Shown: positions 19,103 through 28,490, counted from the stretch's first letter. The stretch: DNA of 64,000 bases from an uncultured Spirochaetota bacterium (GCA_963820525.1 CAWGAA010000001.1:224001-288000); one strand, 5' to 3'. Numbers and translations are program-made. The notes: generated from the letters alone by a model not told the origin.

Positions 19103-20803
19103 TCAGCCCTTGTTCCGATCCTTGATGATGTCTCCCAGAGAGACGGTCTCCTCTTTGGATTCGTCGTGAATGTACTTGTCCATCTCTTCCTTCTGAAGGC
19201 GCCTGGCGTAATCCTTCAGGGAGAGGGAGAGCTTCTGTTTGGAAGAGCTCAGCTCGATGACGACGGCCTGCACCTTGTCTCCCACCTTGAACTTGGCCAG
19301 CGCGTTCTCCGCCGGCTCGACGCGGTCGTCCGCGATATTCACCTTATGGATCAGGCCCTCGATGCCGCCCTGGACCTTCACAAAAAGCCCGAAGTCCGTG
19401 ATGTTGGTGATCTCGCCTTCGATCACGCTGCCCTTGGGGAACGCCTTGGCAACGGAGTCCCAGGGGTCCTCGGAGAGCTGCTTCACGCCGAGCTGGATCT
19501 TGCCCTTCTCCTTGTCGATGCCGATCACCATCACTTCGATGTCATCGTCCACCTTGGCGAAGGAGGAGGCGTTCCTGATCTTCTTGGTCCAGGACATGTC
19601 GTCCACGTGGAGAACCCCGTCTATCCCTTCCTCGATCTCGAAGAACAGGGCGTAGGGGCTTGCGCGCACCACCTTGCGCGTCAAGCGCATGCCGACGGGG
19701 TAGCGCTGGTCGATCTCGTCCCAGGGATTGGGGAGGACCTGCTTGAGGCCCAGGGAGAGCTTGCCCTGCGGCACGTCGAAGTTGAGGATCTTTGTCTCCA
19801 CCACGTCGCCGACCTTCAGGACTTCCTTGGGGTGCTTCACCTTTCGGACCCAGGAAAGCTCGGAGATGTGGGCGAGGCCCTCGATCCCTTCCTCGATCTC
19901 GATGAATGCGCCGAAATCGGCGAGCTTGGTCACGCGGCCCTTGACCACGTCTCCAATGTTGTACTTCTCCTCGAAGTGGTTCCACGGATCTTCGCTGAAA
20001 TGCTTCAGGCTCAGGTTTATCCGGTTCTCCTCGGGCTCCAGGCGGATGACCTTCAGCTGGATCTGCTCGCCCAGCTTCACGAAGTCCTTGGGCCGGGTGA
20101 CGTGTCCCCAGCTCATGTCGTTGATATGGAGAAGGCCGTCAAACCCGCCGAGGTCCACAAACGCGCCGAAGGAGGTGAAGCTCTTCACCGTGCCCTCGAC
20201 AACATCTCCGATCTTCGTGTTCTGGAAGAACTCGTCGCGGCGCTTCTTGACGTCCTGCTCCAGCCAGTCGCGGCGGGAGACCACGATGTTGGTCTTGCCC
20301 TTGGCATAGAGCCTGTCGATGTAGAAGCTGGACTTCACGCCGACGTAGTCGGAGCCCTCGCTGGGCCGCTTGATGTCAACCTTGGACAGGGGCAGGAAGG
20401 CCCGGATTTCGTTGCCGAGGTCCACCTCGTAGCCGCCCTTTATCTTCTTGTCGATGACGCCCTGGACGGGAAGGTGATCGTCGAAGGCCTTGCGAAGGTC
20501 CTTCCAGAAGATCTTCTCGTCGGCCTTGCGCTTGGAGACGATGACCTGGCCTTCCCTTCCCTCCTTGCGGATGAGAATGACGTAGACCGTCTCGCCAAGG
20601 CTCGGCTTCGTGTCGAACTCCGCGGTCGGGATCTTGCCCTCGGACTTGTATCCCACGTCGACGTACACGTAATCCTGGTCGACCTCGATAACCTTGCCCG
20701 GGATCATCTGCCCTTCCTCGATGGGCTGCAGGGACTGGACGTACTGCGCCTGCAGATTCGTCTCGGTTCCTGGGGCGAGGTTCTTCTTCTCTTCTGTGCT
20801 CAT
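19103..20803 (-). CDS. rpsA: 30S ribosomal protein S1
   Basis: Six S1 repeats (VDVGYKSEG, FGAFVDLGGFDGLLHI, FGAFIEIEEGIEGLAHISELSW). Confidence 0.98.
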   Translation of the reverse strand: MSTEEKKNLAPGTETNLQAQYVQSLQPIEEGQMIPGKVIEVDQDYVYVDVGYKSEGKIPTAEFDTKPSLGETVYVILIRKEGREGQVIVSKRKADEKIFWKDLRKAFDDHLPVQGVIDKKIKGGYEVDLGNEIRAFLPLSKVDIKRPSEGSDYVGVKSSFYIDRLYAKGKTNIVVSRRDWLEQDVKKRRDEFFQNTKIGDVVEGTVKSFTSFGAFVDLGGFDGLLHINDMSWGHVTRPKDFVKLGEQIQLKVIRLEPEENRINLSLKHFSEDPWNHFEEKYNIGDVVKGRVTKLADFGAFIEIEEGIEGLAHISELSWVRKVKHPKEVLKVGDVVETKILNFDVPQGKLSLGLKQVLPNPWDEIDQRYPVGMRLTRKVVRASPYALFFEIEEGIDGVLHVDDMSWTKKIRNASSFAKVDDDIEVMVIGIDKEKGKIQLGVKQLSEDPWDSVAKAFPKGSVIEGEITNITDFGLFVKVQGGIEGLIHKVNIADDRVEPAENALAKFKVGDKVQAVVIELSSSKQKLSLSLKDYARRLQKEEMDKYIHDESKEETVSLGDIIKDRNKG

Positions 20804-21465
20804 ACTCGGCGTATATCTCCCAGATGATTTTTTCTCAAGAGAATTGCTTGAACCACTCTCTCACAAACTTGATTGATGGTCAAGTGAGAGCTATCAATGT
20901 AAAGCGCGTCGGCGGCCACGTCAAGCCTTCCCACGGGCTTCGACCTGTCAACGCGGTCCCTTTCCGCGATTGCCTTCTCGATATCGGCAAGGGTGAGGTT
21001 GCTCACCCCCTGGCGGAACCTCCGCCGGGCGCGCGTGCGCACGTCTGCGTCGAGGAAGACCTTCACTTCGGCGTCGGGAAAGACCACGGTGCCGATGTCG
21101 CGCCCGTCGGCAACCACGTCGCCGCCTTCCGCGATCCGCCGCAGCAGGCGATTGACCACCTCGCGGACCTCCGGAATGCTCGAGTGGCGGGCCACCCACA
21201 TGTCCACCTCGTCGGAGTGGATGAAGGATTCAACCTCCTGCCCGTCCAGGGTGAGCGACCCGTCACTCATCTCCAGGCGGCAGGCTCGGGCCACGCGGAT
21301 AACTTCTGACTCATCGCTGGGATCTCCGGCGGACGTGAGGGCCGCCCACGTCACGGCGCGATAGAAGCTGCCCGAGTTCAGGTAGAGAAACCCGGCCGAC
21401 CGGGCTACGGCCTGGGCAACCGTGCTCTTCCCCACCCCCGCGGGACCGTCAATTGCCACTACCAT
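20800..21465 (-). CDS. cmk: Cytidylate kinase
   Basis: AIDGPAGVGKST, DGRDIGTVVFPDA and ERDRVD. ATGA overlap with rpsA. Confidence 0.97.
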   Translation of the reverse strand: MVVAIDGPAGVGKSTVAQAVARSAGFLYLNSGSFYRAVTWAALTSAGDPSDESEVIRVARACRLEMSDGSLTLDGQEVESFIHSDEVDMWVARHSSIPEVREVVNRLLRRIAEGGDVVADGRDIGTVVFPDAEVKVFLDADVRTRARRRFRQGVSNLTLADIEKAIAERDRVDRSKPVGRLDVAADALYIDSSHLTINQVCERVVQAILLRKNHLGDIRRV

Positions 21466-22180
21466 GGTCGAAGAACCACCGTACCTCCCTCTGCGTGAGC
21501 TTGCGGAACCTGCCCGGCGCGATCCCCTTCAGGGTGACCGTGCCGATGCGGATCCTGTGCACTCTCTTGAGGCGGATATTCCTGCTCGTGAAAACGTTCC
21601 TGATCTCCCGGTTTTTGCCCTCCAGAAGGGTGAGCAGCGCGGACCGCTCTGATTTTCTGGAGTAGGCGGCGCAGCGGTACAATGTGTCTCCGACGCGGAT
21701 CCCCCTCTTGTAGTGCTCCAGAAAAGCCTCCTCGATGGGGCGGGCGGCCTCCACGAGGTACTCCTTTTCTATCCGGGAGCCGGGATGGCTCACCAGGCGG
21801 GCGAACTCTCCATCGTTTGTGTAGAAAATGAGGCCGGTGGAAAGGAAGTCCAGCCGGCCAACGTGGAAGAGCCTCTCCTTGATGGCCGGAGCGAAGAGAT
21901 CGCTGGCGAGGGGCCGTCCGTGGGGATCGGAGTTTGCGCAGATAAAGCCCTGCGGCTTGTGAAGCGCGATGTAGGAAAGCCCTTGGGTAGGCTTCACCCT
22001 GCGGCCGTCCACGGCCACGATGCAATCGGGCCCGACCTTGGACCCCATGCGGATCATGCCCTGACCGTTGACGGTGACGCGGCCTTCCCGGATGAAATCC
22101 TCGCATGCCCGTCGGGAGCCGAGGCCGGCTCTCGCAAGATAGACCTGGAGACGGATTTCCCGCGATGTATCCTTATTCAA
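21449..22180 (-). CDS. rluB: rRNA pseudouridine synthase (RsuA family, RluB-like)
   Basis: S4 domain (RLQVYLARAGLGSRR), VGRLD catalytic motif and EGKNREIR. Lies downstream of scpB. Confidence 0.88.
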   Translation of the reverse strand: MNKDTSREIRLQVYLARAGLGSRRACEDFIREGRVTVNGQGMIRMGSKVGPDCIVAVDGRRVKPTQGLSYIALHKPQGFICANSDPHGRPLASDLFAPAIKERLFHVGRLDFLSTGLIFYTNDGEFARLVSHPGSRIEKEYLVEAARPIEEAFLEHYKRGIRVGDTLYRCAAYSRKSERSALLTLLEGKNREIRNVFTSRNIRLKRVHRIRIGTVTLKGIAPGRFRKLTQREVRWFFDHGSGN

Positions 22181-22709
22181 ACCTTTCCCTCTCCAGACCG
22201 TCCAGCTTGGGCAGGTCCGCTATCGTTGAAAGCCTGAAAGCCTTGAGGAACTCCTTTGTTGTGCCGTATTGAACCGGTTTTCCGGGGGCGTCCTTCTTGC
22301 CCACTTCCTTGATGAAGTTCTTGCTCAAGAGAAGCTTGATCATCCCGTCCGCGGAAACGCCGCGGATTGCCTCGATCTCCGCCCGTGTTATGGGCTGGGA
22401 GTACGCAATGATGGCAAGCGTCTCGATCGCCGCCTTGGAGAGCCTGTTTTCATTGGACTTCCCATACCTCTCCCGAAGCTTTTCCCAGAGATCCCGGCGG
22501 GGAGCGAAGGAGAATCCGCCCCCGATCTCCACGATCTCAAGGCCGTGTTGGTCCGCCTCGAGGGCCTGGCGGAGCTCAGAAATCGCCTGCTCCACAGCCT
22601 CGATTGCGAAGCCTGCCGCCGCCGCCAGCTTTTTCACCTCCGCAGGCTCGCTCTCCAGAAGCAGGATTGCCTCTATGGTGGCGGCTTCTTTACTCAATTC
22701 CATCTGCAT
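22173..22709 (-). CDS. scpB: SMC-Scp complex subunit ScpB
   Basis: LSKAAIETLAIIAYSQPITRAEIEAIRGV and YGTTKEFL. Confidence 0.97.
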   Translation of the reverse strand: MQMELSKEAATIEAILLLESEPAEVKKLAAAAGFAIEAVEQAISELRQALEADQHGLEIVEIGGGFSFAPRRDLWEKLRERYGKSNENRLSKAAIETLAIIAYSQPITRAEIEAIRGVSADGMIKLLLSKNFIKEVGKKDAPGKPVQYGTTKEFLKAFRLSTIADLPKLDGLERERFE

Positions 22710-23457
22710 GCATCTCCCTGTCGGCCTTTTCTTCTATCCGCGCTCTGATCCTGATGTCCCCGAAGAGCCTGTTCTGGAAAACCAGGATCCGTCTTTCCTT
22801 GACAAGCTCCAAAACGGCGAAGAAGGCGCACACGATGTCCAGGACCGTCCCGTGCTTGACCAGGTCCGTGAAGAGGAACTCGGAGCGCGACTCGAGGATC
22901 TCGTTCACAAGGGTGATCTTTTCATTGACGCTCACCTCCTCGTACAGGTCTATGATCCTCTCCGAGGAAAGCGTCGAGAGAAGCGACGAGAAGGTCTGAA
23001 GCAGGTCCCAGACGCTCACCTGGTCCCAGATTCCGTCGTCCGTGAAGGGCAGGATTCTCTGGCTCTGGGTCCGCTCGACGATCCACTCGACCTCGCCCTC
23101 CTTGTCCGCCATCAGGTCGCTCAGCTTCTTGAACTTCTGGTACTCGATGAGCTTCTCCACCAGCTCGCGGCGCGGGTCCTCGATCTCGTCTTCCATGGAC
23201 AGCTCCACGGGGAGAAGCATCTTGCTTTTGATGTACAGGAGGGTGGACGCCATGAGGTAGAACTCGGTCATTGTGTCCAGGTCCACTTTCGTCGCGTACG
23301 TGAGGTAGGACAGGTACTGCTCAGTGATCGAGGCGATGGGAATGTCGTAGACGTTGATCTCGGATTTCTTGATCAGAAAAAGGAGGAGATCCAGCGGACC
23401 GTCGAAGTCGCCGAGATGAAAATGCTGTTTCTCGCTCGCGCTTGTGTCCGCCATCAT
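22690..23457 (-). CDS. scpA: Segregation and condensation protein A (kleisin)
   Basis: FDGPLDLLLFLIKK, MASTLLYIKSKMLLP and FFAVLELVK. Start placed at the MMADT codons (23457/23454). Confidence 0.96.
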   Translation of the reverse strand: MMADTSASEKQHFHLGDFDGPLDLLLFLIKKSEINVYDIPIASITEQYLSYLTYATKVDLDTMTEFYLMASTLLYIKSKMLLPVELSMEDEIEDPRRELVEKLIEYQKFKKLSDLMADKEGEVEWIVERTQSQRILPFTDDGIWDQVSVWDLLQTFSSLLSTLSSERIIDLYEEVSVNEKITLVNEILESRSEFLFTDLVKHGTVLDIVCAFFAVLELVKERRILVFQNRLFGDIRIRARIEEKADREMHADGIE

Positions 23458-23566
23458 TGGACGAGATCGAACCCCCTTCGAAGGTATTTGCATGAACCGG
23501 ACGGTGAATCGACCCGCCCCAGGGGTGGCATCACGCGGCTCGGAAGCGTAAAGAATTCGATAAAAA

Positions 23567-23595
23567 AGTATACTACGGGGGGGAATAAGAGTAAA
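23567..23595 (-). promoter_or_regulatory. Putative sigma70 promoter for scpA-scpB-rluB-cmk-rpsA
   Basis: Minus strand TTTACT (23595-23590), 17 bp, TATACT (23572-23567). Overlaps the folK stop codon. Confidence 0.5.
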
Positions 23596-24064
23596 CACCC
23601 TGGCCCGCGACCCCGCTCAGATCGTCCCTGTAGGGGGCCCCTGTGCGAGGATCTTTCAAGCCGGGGGCAAGCTCCAGCAGAGGCACCAGCACGAATGCGC
23701 GTTCCCGCATCCGAGTGTGCGGAATCGTGAGGTTTGTGCTGTCCAGGACGAGATTTCCGTAGAGGAGAACGTCGATATCCACGGCCCGCGGTCCCATCCT
23801 CCTCTCCCGTCTCCTGTCCCTGCCCAGTCCCGCCTCTATCTCATGAATCCGGTACAACAGCTCTTCAGGCTCGAGATCCGTCACCCCTTCGACGGCCGCA
23901 TTGAGAAATGGCGGCTGGTCTGCCACGTACAACGGAACGGTCTGGTAGATGCGCGACATGCGAAGATCGCGGCAGAACTCGGACAGAGCCTGGAAAGCCC
24001 TGCGAAGATTGGATTCCCGGTCTCCGATATTGGAGCCCAGGGAGAGGTATATTCTTTCAGCCAC
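23573..24064 (-). CDS. folK: 2-amino-4-hydroxy-6-hydroxymethyldihydropteridine diphosphokinase
   Basis: YLSLGSNIGD, FLNAAV, GPRAVDIDVL and PHTRMRERAFVLVPL. Confidence 0.97.
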   Translation of the reverse strand: MAERIYLSLGSNIGDRESNLRRAFQALSEFCRDLRMSRIYQTVPLYVADQPPFLNAAVEGVTDLEPEELLYRIHEIEAGLGRDRRRERRMGPRAVDIDVLLYGNLVLDSTNLTIPHTRMRERAFVLVPLLELAPGLKDPRTGAPYRDDLSGVAGQGVYSYSPP

Positions 24065-24072
24065 GATCCGCG

Positions 24073-25266
24073 CTAAAGGAGCTCCTTCTTTTCGTCGGAG
24101 TCGGGAGCGCCCTCATCTTCCACGGAAGCTGAGCGCACTGCCGCGGCCTGGGCCTTGAGCCCTCCGCGAGGGGCGGGTTCGCTCTTGGCTTTATCCGCCT
24201 CAGCCGGCTGCTCCTTGACCGCACTCGAGGCCTTGGGGAAGAGGATCTCTCTCACCTGCTTTTCTATCTCCGCCCCCACGGCTGGATTGCTTTCCAGGAA
24301 GAGGCGCGCATTCTCCGCGCCCTGCCCGATCCTCTCCTTTCCGTAGGAGTACCAGCTTCCCGCCTTCTCCACCACGCTGCACTGGACCGCGGCCTCCAGA
24401 AGGCTCGCGCTTGCCGAGATCCCCTTTCCGAAAATGAGGTCCAGCTCAGCCTTTCGAAACGGCGGGGCGATCTTGTTCTTGACCACTTTTACTCGGACCT
24501 TGTTTCCCACGACTTCGTCGTTGCCATGGGTGATGCTCTCGACCTTGCGAACCTCCAGGCGGATGGTGGAGTAGAACTTCAGGGCCAATCCTCCCGTCGT
24601 CGTCTCGGGGTTGCCGAACATGACCCCGATCTTCATCCGGATCTGGTTGATGAAGATGAGGCAGGTCTTTGTCTTCGAGATGGTGGCAGTGAGCTTTCGA
24701 AGTGCCTGGCTCATGAGGCGGGCCTGGAGCCCGACGTGGGCGTCCCCCATGTCGCCCTCGATCTCGGCCCTTGGGGTGAGGGCGGCCACGGAATCCACCA
24801 CGATAACGTCCACGGCACCGGACCTGATGAGCGACTCAACGATTTCCAGGGCCTGCTCCCCCGTGTCCGGCTGAGAGACCCACAGCTCGTCGACGTTGAC
24901 CCCCAGGTTCTTGGCGTAGGTCGGATCCAGGGCATGCTCGGCGTCCACGAAGGCCGCGATGCCTCCCTTTTTCTGCGCCTCCGCGATGGCATGGAGGGCG
25001 ATGGTCGTCTTTCCCGAGGATTCGGGGCCGTAGATCTCGATGACCCTCCCCTTGGGGTATCCGCCTACCCCGAGAGCCGCGTCCAGGAGGATGGAACCTG
25101 AGGGTATCACCTCGACGTCGACTCCCACCGGGGATTCCCCCAGCTTCATGAGCGAGCCTTTTCCGAACTGCTTCTCGATCTGGAGGCGCGCGGCCTCCAG
25201 GGCGCGGAGCTTCTCCTCGATGACGGGTGATTTCTTCTCTGCCGCGGCGGCCTCTTTCTTCGCCAT
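24073..25266 (-). CDS. recA: Recombinase RecA
   Basis: ATG 25266 with [37 protein letters not shown] and [15 protein letters not shown]. Confidence 0.99.
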   Translation of the reverse strand: MAKKEAAAAEKKSPVIEEKLRALEAARLQIEKQFGKGSLMKLGESPVGVDVEVIPSGSILLDAALGVGGYPKGRVIEIYGPESSGKTTIALHAIAEAQKKGGIAAFVDAEHALDPTYAKNLGVNVDELWVSQPDTGEQALEIVESLIRSGAVDVIVVDSVAALTPRAEIEGDMGDAHVGLQARLMSQALRKLTATISKTKTCLIFINQIRMKIGVMFGNPETTTGGLALKFYSTIRLEVRKVESITHGNDEVVGNKVRVKVVKNKIAPPFRKAELDLIFGKGISASASLLEAAVQCSVVEKAGSWYSYGKERIGQGAENARLFLESNPAVGAEIEKQVREILFPKASSAVKEQPAEADKAKSEPAPRGGLKAQAAAVRSASVEDEGAPDSDEKKELL

Positions 25267-25366
25267 GTTTCCTCCAGCGTTTATGAAATAGAGAAACGGC
25301 CGAAAAGATACGGCGCTTCTCCCCACTCGACAGGCACAGCCGATAAGTATACAGAGAAGGTACGGG

Positions 25367-26050
25367 ATGTCCAGTAGAAACGGATTGATCGCGGCAATGG
25401 TGGCCCTGGAGGCGCTTCGGGCATGGGCGGCCGTTCCGGGCTGGGAAGGCTTCGTGGAAGGAAGCGACCGTTCTGCCAATCCCGCGATCATCCAGCTCGT
25501 TTCCACATCCGATTTTGCCGAAAAGAAGGCCCTCCTCTCCGCGATCGGCCGCCGCGCCGAGCCGTACGCCGGGGACATCATCGAATCGCTTGCAAGCGGA
25601 TACCTCGGCAGGGAGGAGTTCAAGGGCGAGCTGCTCTTGAGGATACTCCTCGACTCGCTCTTCTCCACCGCCCTGCCCCCCTCAACACGCGCTGACCGCA
25701 TCCAGGCCAACAGGGAGGCATTGGGTGGCATTGTCCTGCGGCTGACTCATTTCAGCGATCCGCAGCTTGCCGGAGTCATCGTCCAGATCATCCCGGATCT
25801 CGGCCAAAAACAATACTTCCCCATCCTATCGGAGCAGGCCGCCATTCTCATTGCTCGAATGGAAAAGCAGAAGGGTGAGCTTTCTCCGATGGATACGGAT
25901 CTCCTGCTCGCCCTCCTCGACTGCTTCATCGCCAATCCCTCGGCCGACTTTCTGGAGATCTGCCTCACCGCGGCGCGGATCTCCAGAAACGAAGCCACGG
26001 TTTCCCGGTCGCGGTCCGCTGCCGCCGCGATCGCGGCCGCTTTGCATTGA
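25367..26050 (+). CDS. Hypothetical protein (helical, possible signal peptide)
   Basis: 227-aa ORF divergent from recA that fills the gap to prs. Hydrophobic N-terminus. Confidence 0.65.
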   Translation: MSSRNGLIAAMVALEALRAWAAVPGWEGFVEGSDRSANPAIIQLVSTSDFAEKKALLSAIGRRAEPYAGDIIESLASGYLGREEFKGELLLRILLDSLFSTALPPSTRADRIQANREALGGIVLRLTHFSDPQLAGVIVQIIPDLGQKQYFPILSEQAAILIARMEKQKGELSPMDTDLLLALLDCFIANPSADFLEICLTAARISRNEATVSRSRSAAAAIAAALH

Positions 26051-26105
26051 TCGAGGGAAGAGACTCGCTTGGAACGGCCGCGTCCTTCGTGCTAAACTGC
26101 CGGCC

Positions 26106-27179
26106 ATGCGGGGGAAACTGATCGTCTTCTCCACGCGCGCCCTGCGCGATTACGCAGACGAAGTCGTGGCGGCGCTCTCGGCCGGCGGCGGGAAGATGGC
26201 TGAAGATATCAAGGGGGAGCTCTCCATCTCCCGATTTGCCGACGGCGAGATGGAGGCCGAGATCGGCACCTCGGTTCGCGGCCGCGACGTGTTTCTCTTC
26301 GCGGGCGCCGCGCGAAACGCCCTGGGGCTGACCACCGAGGAATGCAAGATCGAGATCTACAATACCGTGGACGCTTTGCGGCGGGCCCAGGCGGGGCGGA
26401 TCACGCTTTTCGAGCCGTTCTGCAGCCCCGGCCGTTCCGACAGGCTCACCCGGAGAAACTCGGTGGGCCTCTGGGTCCACTTCAAGATTCTCATGAGCCT
26501 CGGGGTGAACCACTACATCACCTTCCAGCTTCACTCGGAGAAATCAAAGACATTCATCGATCCCCTGGTCTGCGACGTGGACGACATCCCCGCGCAGGCC
26601 CTGCTCCAGCGCTACATCTGCGATACCTACATAAAGACGCGGGATCGCCTGCTGGATGAAGTGCGAAAGCGCTGGGCCTTCTGCTCGGTTGACGCCGGAG
26701 GGGAAGCCCTGGCCAAGAAATTTGCCACCTCGTTCGGCACGCAGATGATCATCTCCCAGAAGCAGAGGGACTATTCGACGCCGAACACTGTAGAGTCAAT
26801 CAACATACTCTCGAGCGAGCCCGTGAAGGGAAAGACGGTCTGGATCGTGGATGACATGATCGACACGGGCCATTCCATCTACAAGCTGTCCATGGAGCTT
26901 GAGAAGCTGGGCCCGGCGGCCATCAATATTGCGATCGTCCACCCCGTGTTTTCTCCGCCGTCGCTCGACAGGCTCGGAGAGCTCTGCTCGAGAAAGCTCG
27001 TCCAGTCAATCCTTGTGACGGATTCGATAGGATGCAGCAGCGAGATAGCCTCAGAGTTGTCGTGCCTGCGCGTGGTGCCGTCGGTCCGGCTTGCCGCCGA
27101 CATCGTGCAGAGGCTGAACAATGAGCTTCCCCTCTCGCCCCTTCTCGCGCCGTTCAACGCATTCGAATATTTGAAATAA
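26106..27179 (+). CDS. prs: Ribose-phosphate pyrophosphokinase (divergent)
   Basis: RFADGE, SVRGRDVF, SVDAGG and the PRPP-binding loop IVDDMIDTG. ATG 26106. Confidence 0.9.
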   Translation: MRGKLIVFSTRALRDYADEVVAALSAGGGKMAEDIKGELSISRFADGEMEAEIGTSVRGRDVFLFAGAARNALGLTTEECKIEIYNTVDALRRAQAGRITLFEPFCSPGRSDRLTRRNSVGLWVHFKILMSLGVNHYITFQLHSEKSKTFIDPLVCDVDDIPAQALLQRYICDTYIKTRDRLLDEVRKRWAFCSVDAGGEALAKKFATSFGTQMIISQKQRDYSTPNTVESINILSSEPVKGKTVWIVDDMIDTGHSIYKLSMELEKLGPAAINIAIVHPVFSPPSLDRLGELCSRKLVQSILVTDSIGCSSEIASELSCLRVVPSVRLAADIVQRLNNELPLSPLLAPFNAFEYLK

Positions 27180-27196
27180 GCCCGCCGTCGGCGGGC
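27180..27196 (-). terminator. Hairpin between convergent prs and mutY, likely intrinsic terminator
   Basis: GCCCGCC-GTC-GGCGGGC forms a perfect 7-bp stem, followed by TTATTT on the minus strand. Confidence 0.5.
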
Positions 27197-27204
27197 CCCG
27201 CGTA

Positions 27205-28026
27205 TTATCTCAGTGTATAGCGCCGGCCTGTGCGTACCAGGAAGCCTTCGTCGACCAGCGCGGCGAGGAGAGGCCTGATGCGTTCGCGTCCCGTTTGGCA
27301 GGCCCGGGCGAGAGTCGTTTGCGATTGCGAGCCTTCATCCAGGAGCGCCTGCAGGATCCTGCCGCGGATCTGACGGTCGGAGCCCTCGAAACGGGGCTGC
27401 CGGGCATACTCCGTGCTCCTCCGATTGGGATTCTTCATTCCTTTTGCCAGGCTGGCGCCGTAGTCCATGAGGGCGGAGTACCATTCCCGCGGATTCTCCC
27501 TGTCGAGAGTCGCTTCCACCAGGGGAATGATCCGGGAGTCAGAAACCCTCGATGCTCCGGGGAAGTAGACGTGGATGAAGACCCGCCTGATGTTCGTTTC
27601 GATAAAGGGGTGGGCGATGTTGAAAGCGAACGCGAGAATGGCCGAAGCCGTCGCCTTGCCGATGCCCGGCAGGCGTGAAAGCTCATCGAGGCTTCGCGGA
27701 ACCCTCCCGCCATGCTGGTTTTTGATGATCTGTGCCGCCTGCCGGAGGGCGAGAGCCCTCCGGTTGTAGCCGAGACCCTTCCATGCCTTCAGAACTTCTC
27801 CCACGGAGGCCGCTGCAAGTCGGGTGAAGCCGGGGAAAGCCTTCAGGAACTGCCCATATTTTTCTGCAACCCTCTCCGTTGAAGTCTGCTGGAGCATGTA
27901 CTCGGAGACGAGGATCCTGTAGGGAGTTATGCTGCGGCGCCAGGGCAGGTCCCGGGAGTTTTTTCGATAGAAATCGAGGATGAGCTTTCGAAACCGTGCC
28001 GGCGAGGGGCCGGCTCTTGCTTTCAG
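27205..28026 (-). CDS. mutY: HhH-GPD DNA glycosylase, MutY-like (A/G-specific adenine glycosylase), short form
   Basis: RDLPWRR..TPYRILVSEYMLQQT, WKGLGYNRRA and HhH LPGIGKATA. Homology extends in frame upstream of the ORF-track start (27897); probable CTG start at 28026. Confidence 0.85.
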   Translation of the reverse strand: MKARAGPSPARFRKLILDFYRKNSRDLPWRRSITPYRILVSEYMLQQTSTERVAEKYGQFLKAFPGFTRLAAASVGEVLKAWKGLGYNRRALALRQAAQIIKNQHGGRVPRSLDELSRLPGIGKATASAILAFAFNIAHPFIETNIRRVFIHVYFPGASRVSDSRIIPLVEATLDRENPREWYSALMDYGASLAKGMKNPNRRSTEYARQPRFEGSDRQIRGRILQALLDEGSQSQTTLARACQTGRERIRPLLAALVDEGFLVRTGRRYTLR

Positions 28027-28472
28027 AACTTCTTCTCCGTATCGATGAGGATCGTGACAGGCCCCACATTGGTGTACGTGACTTCCATGAGAGCGGCAAA
28101 CTCTCCGCTTGCAACAGTCAGGCCCGTGGCCTCGAGCTCCCTGAGCGTATTCTCGTACAAGGCGCGTGCCTTGTACGGCTGGGCCGCATCGGAGTACGAC
28201 GGCCTTCGGCCCTGCCGGGCATCCGCGTACAGGGTGAATTGGGAGACGACGATAATGCCGCCCCCCGTCTGTCGGATGGAGAGGTTCATTTTTCCGGCGT
28301 CATCGGGAAAAACTCTCACGTTTATTATCTTGTCGACGATGGCGTGCACGTCCTGGTCCGTGTCGTTTCTGCCCACCCCGAGATAGACGAGGAGACCGGC
28401 GCCAATGCTCCCCGTCTCCCTTTCCCCCACCCGCACGGAGCAGCGGGATACCCTCTGGACCACGGCGCGCAT
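28023..28472 (-). CDS. dtd: D-aminoacyl-tRNA deacylase
   Basis: MRAVVQRV, GKMNLS, VSQFTL, GRRPSY and NVGPVT. Confidence 0.97.
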   Translation of the reverse strand: MRAVVQRVSRCSVRVGERETGSIGAGLLVYLGVGRNDTDQDVHAIVDKIINVRVFPDDAGKMNLSIRQTGGGIIVVSQFTLYADARQGRRPSYSDAAQPYKARALYENTLRELEATGLTVASGEFAALMEVTYTNVGPVTILIDTEKKF

Positions 28473-28490
28473 GCTCGGATCCTTGGCAAT

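Noticed and set aside
23458..23485. GGGGGTTCGATC on the minus strand resembling a tRNA T-loop
   Set aside because: No pairing T-stem, acceptor stem or cloverleaf can be built.
25325..25356. CTGT/ACAG motifs upstream of recA as an SOS box
   Set aside because: They do not form CTGT-N8-ACAG or another clear palindrome, and I cannot assign a LexA motif for this lineage.
25267..25731. Long N-terminal extensions of RecA in the ORF track (similarly RpsO, ScpA, ComF, IF-2, MutS, Prs)
   Set aside because: They overlap neighbouring genes or promoters. Downstream starts with an SD, stop-start coupling or family-typical N-termini fit better.
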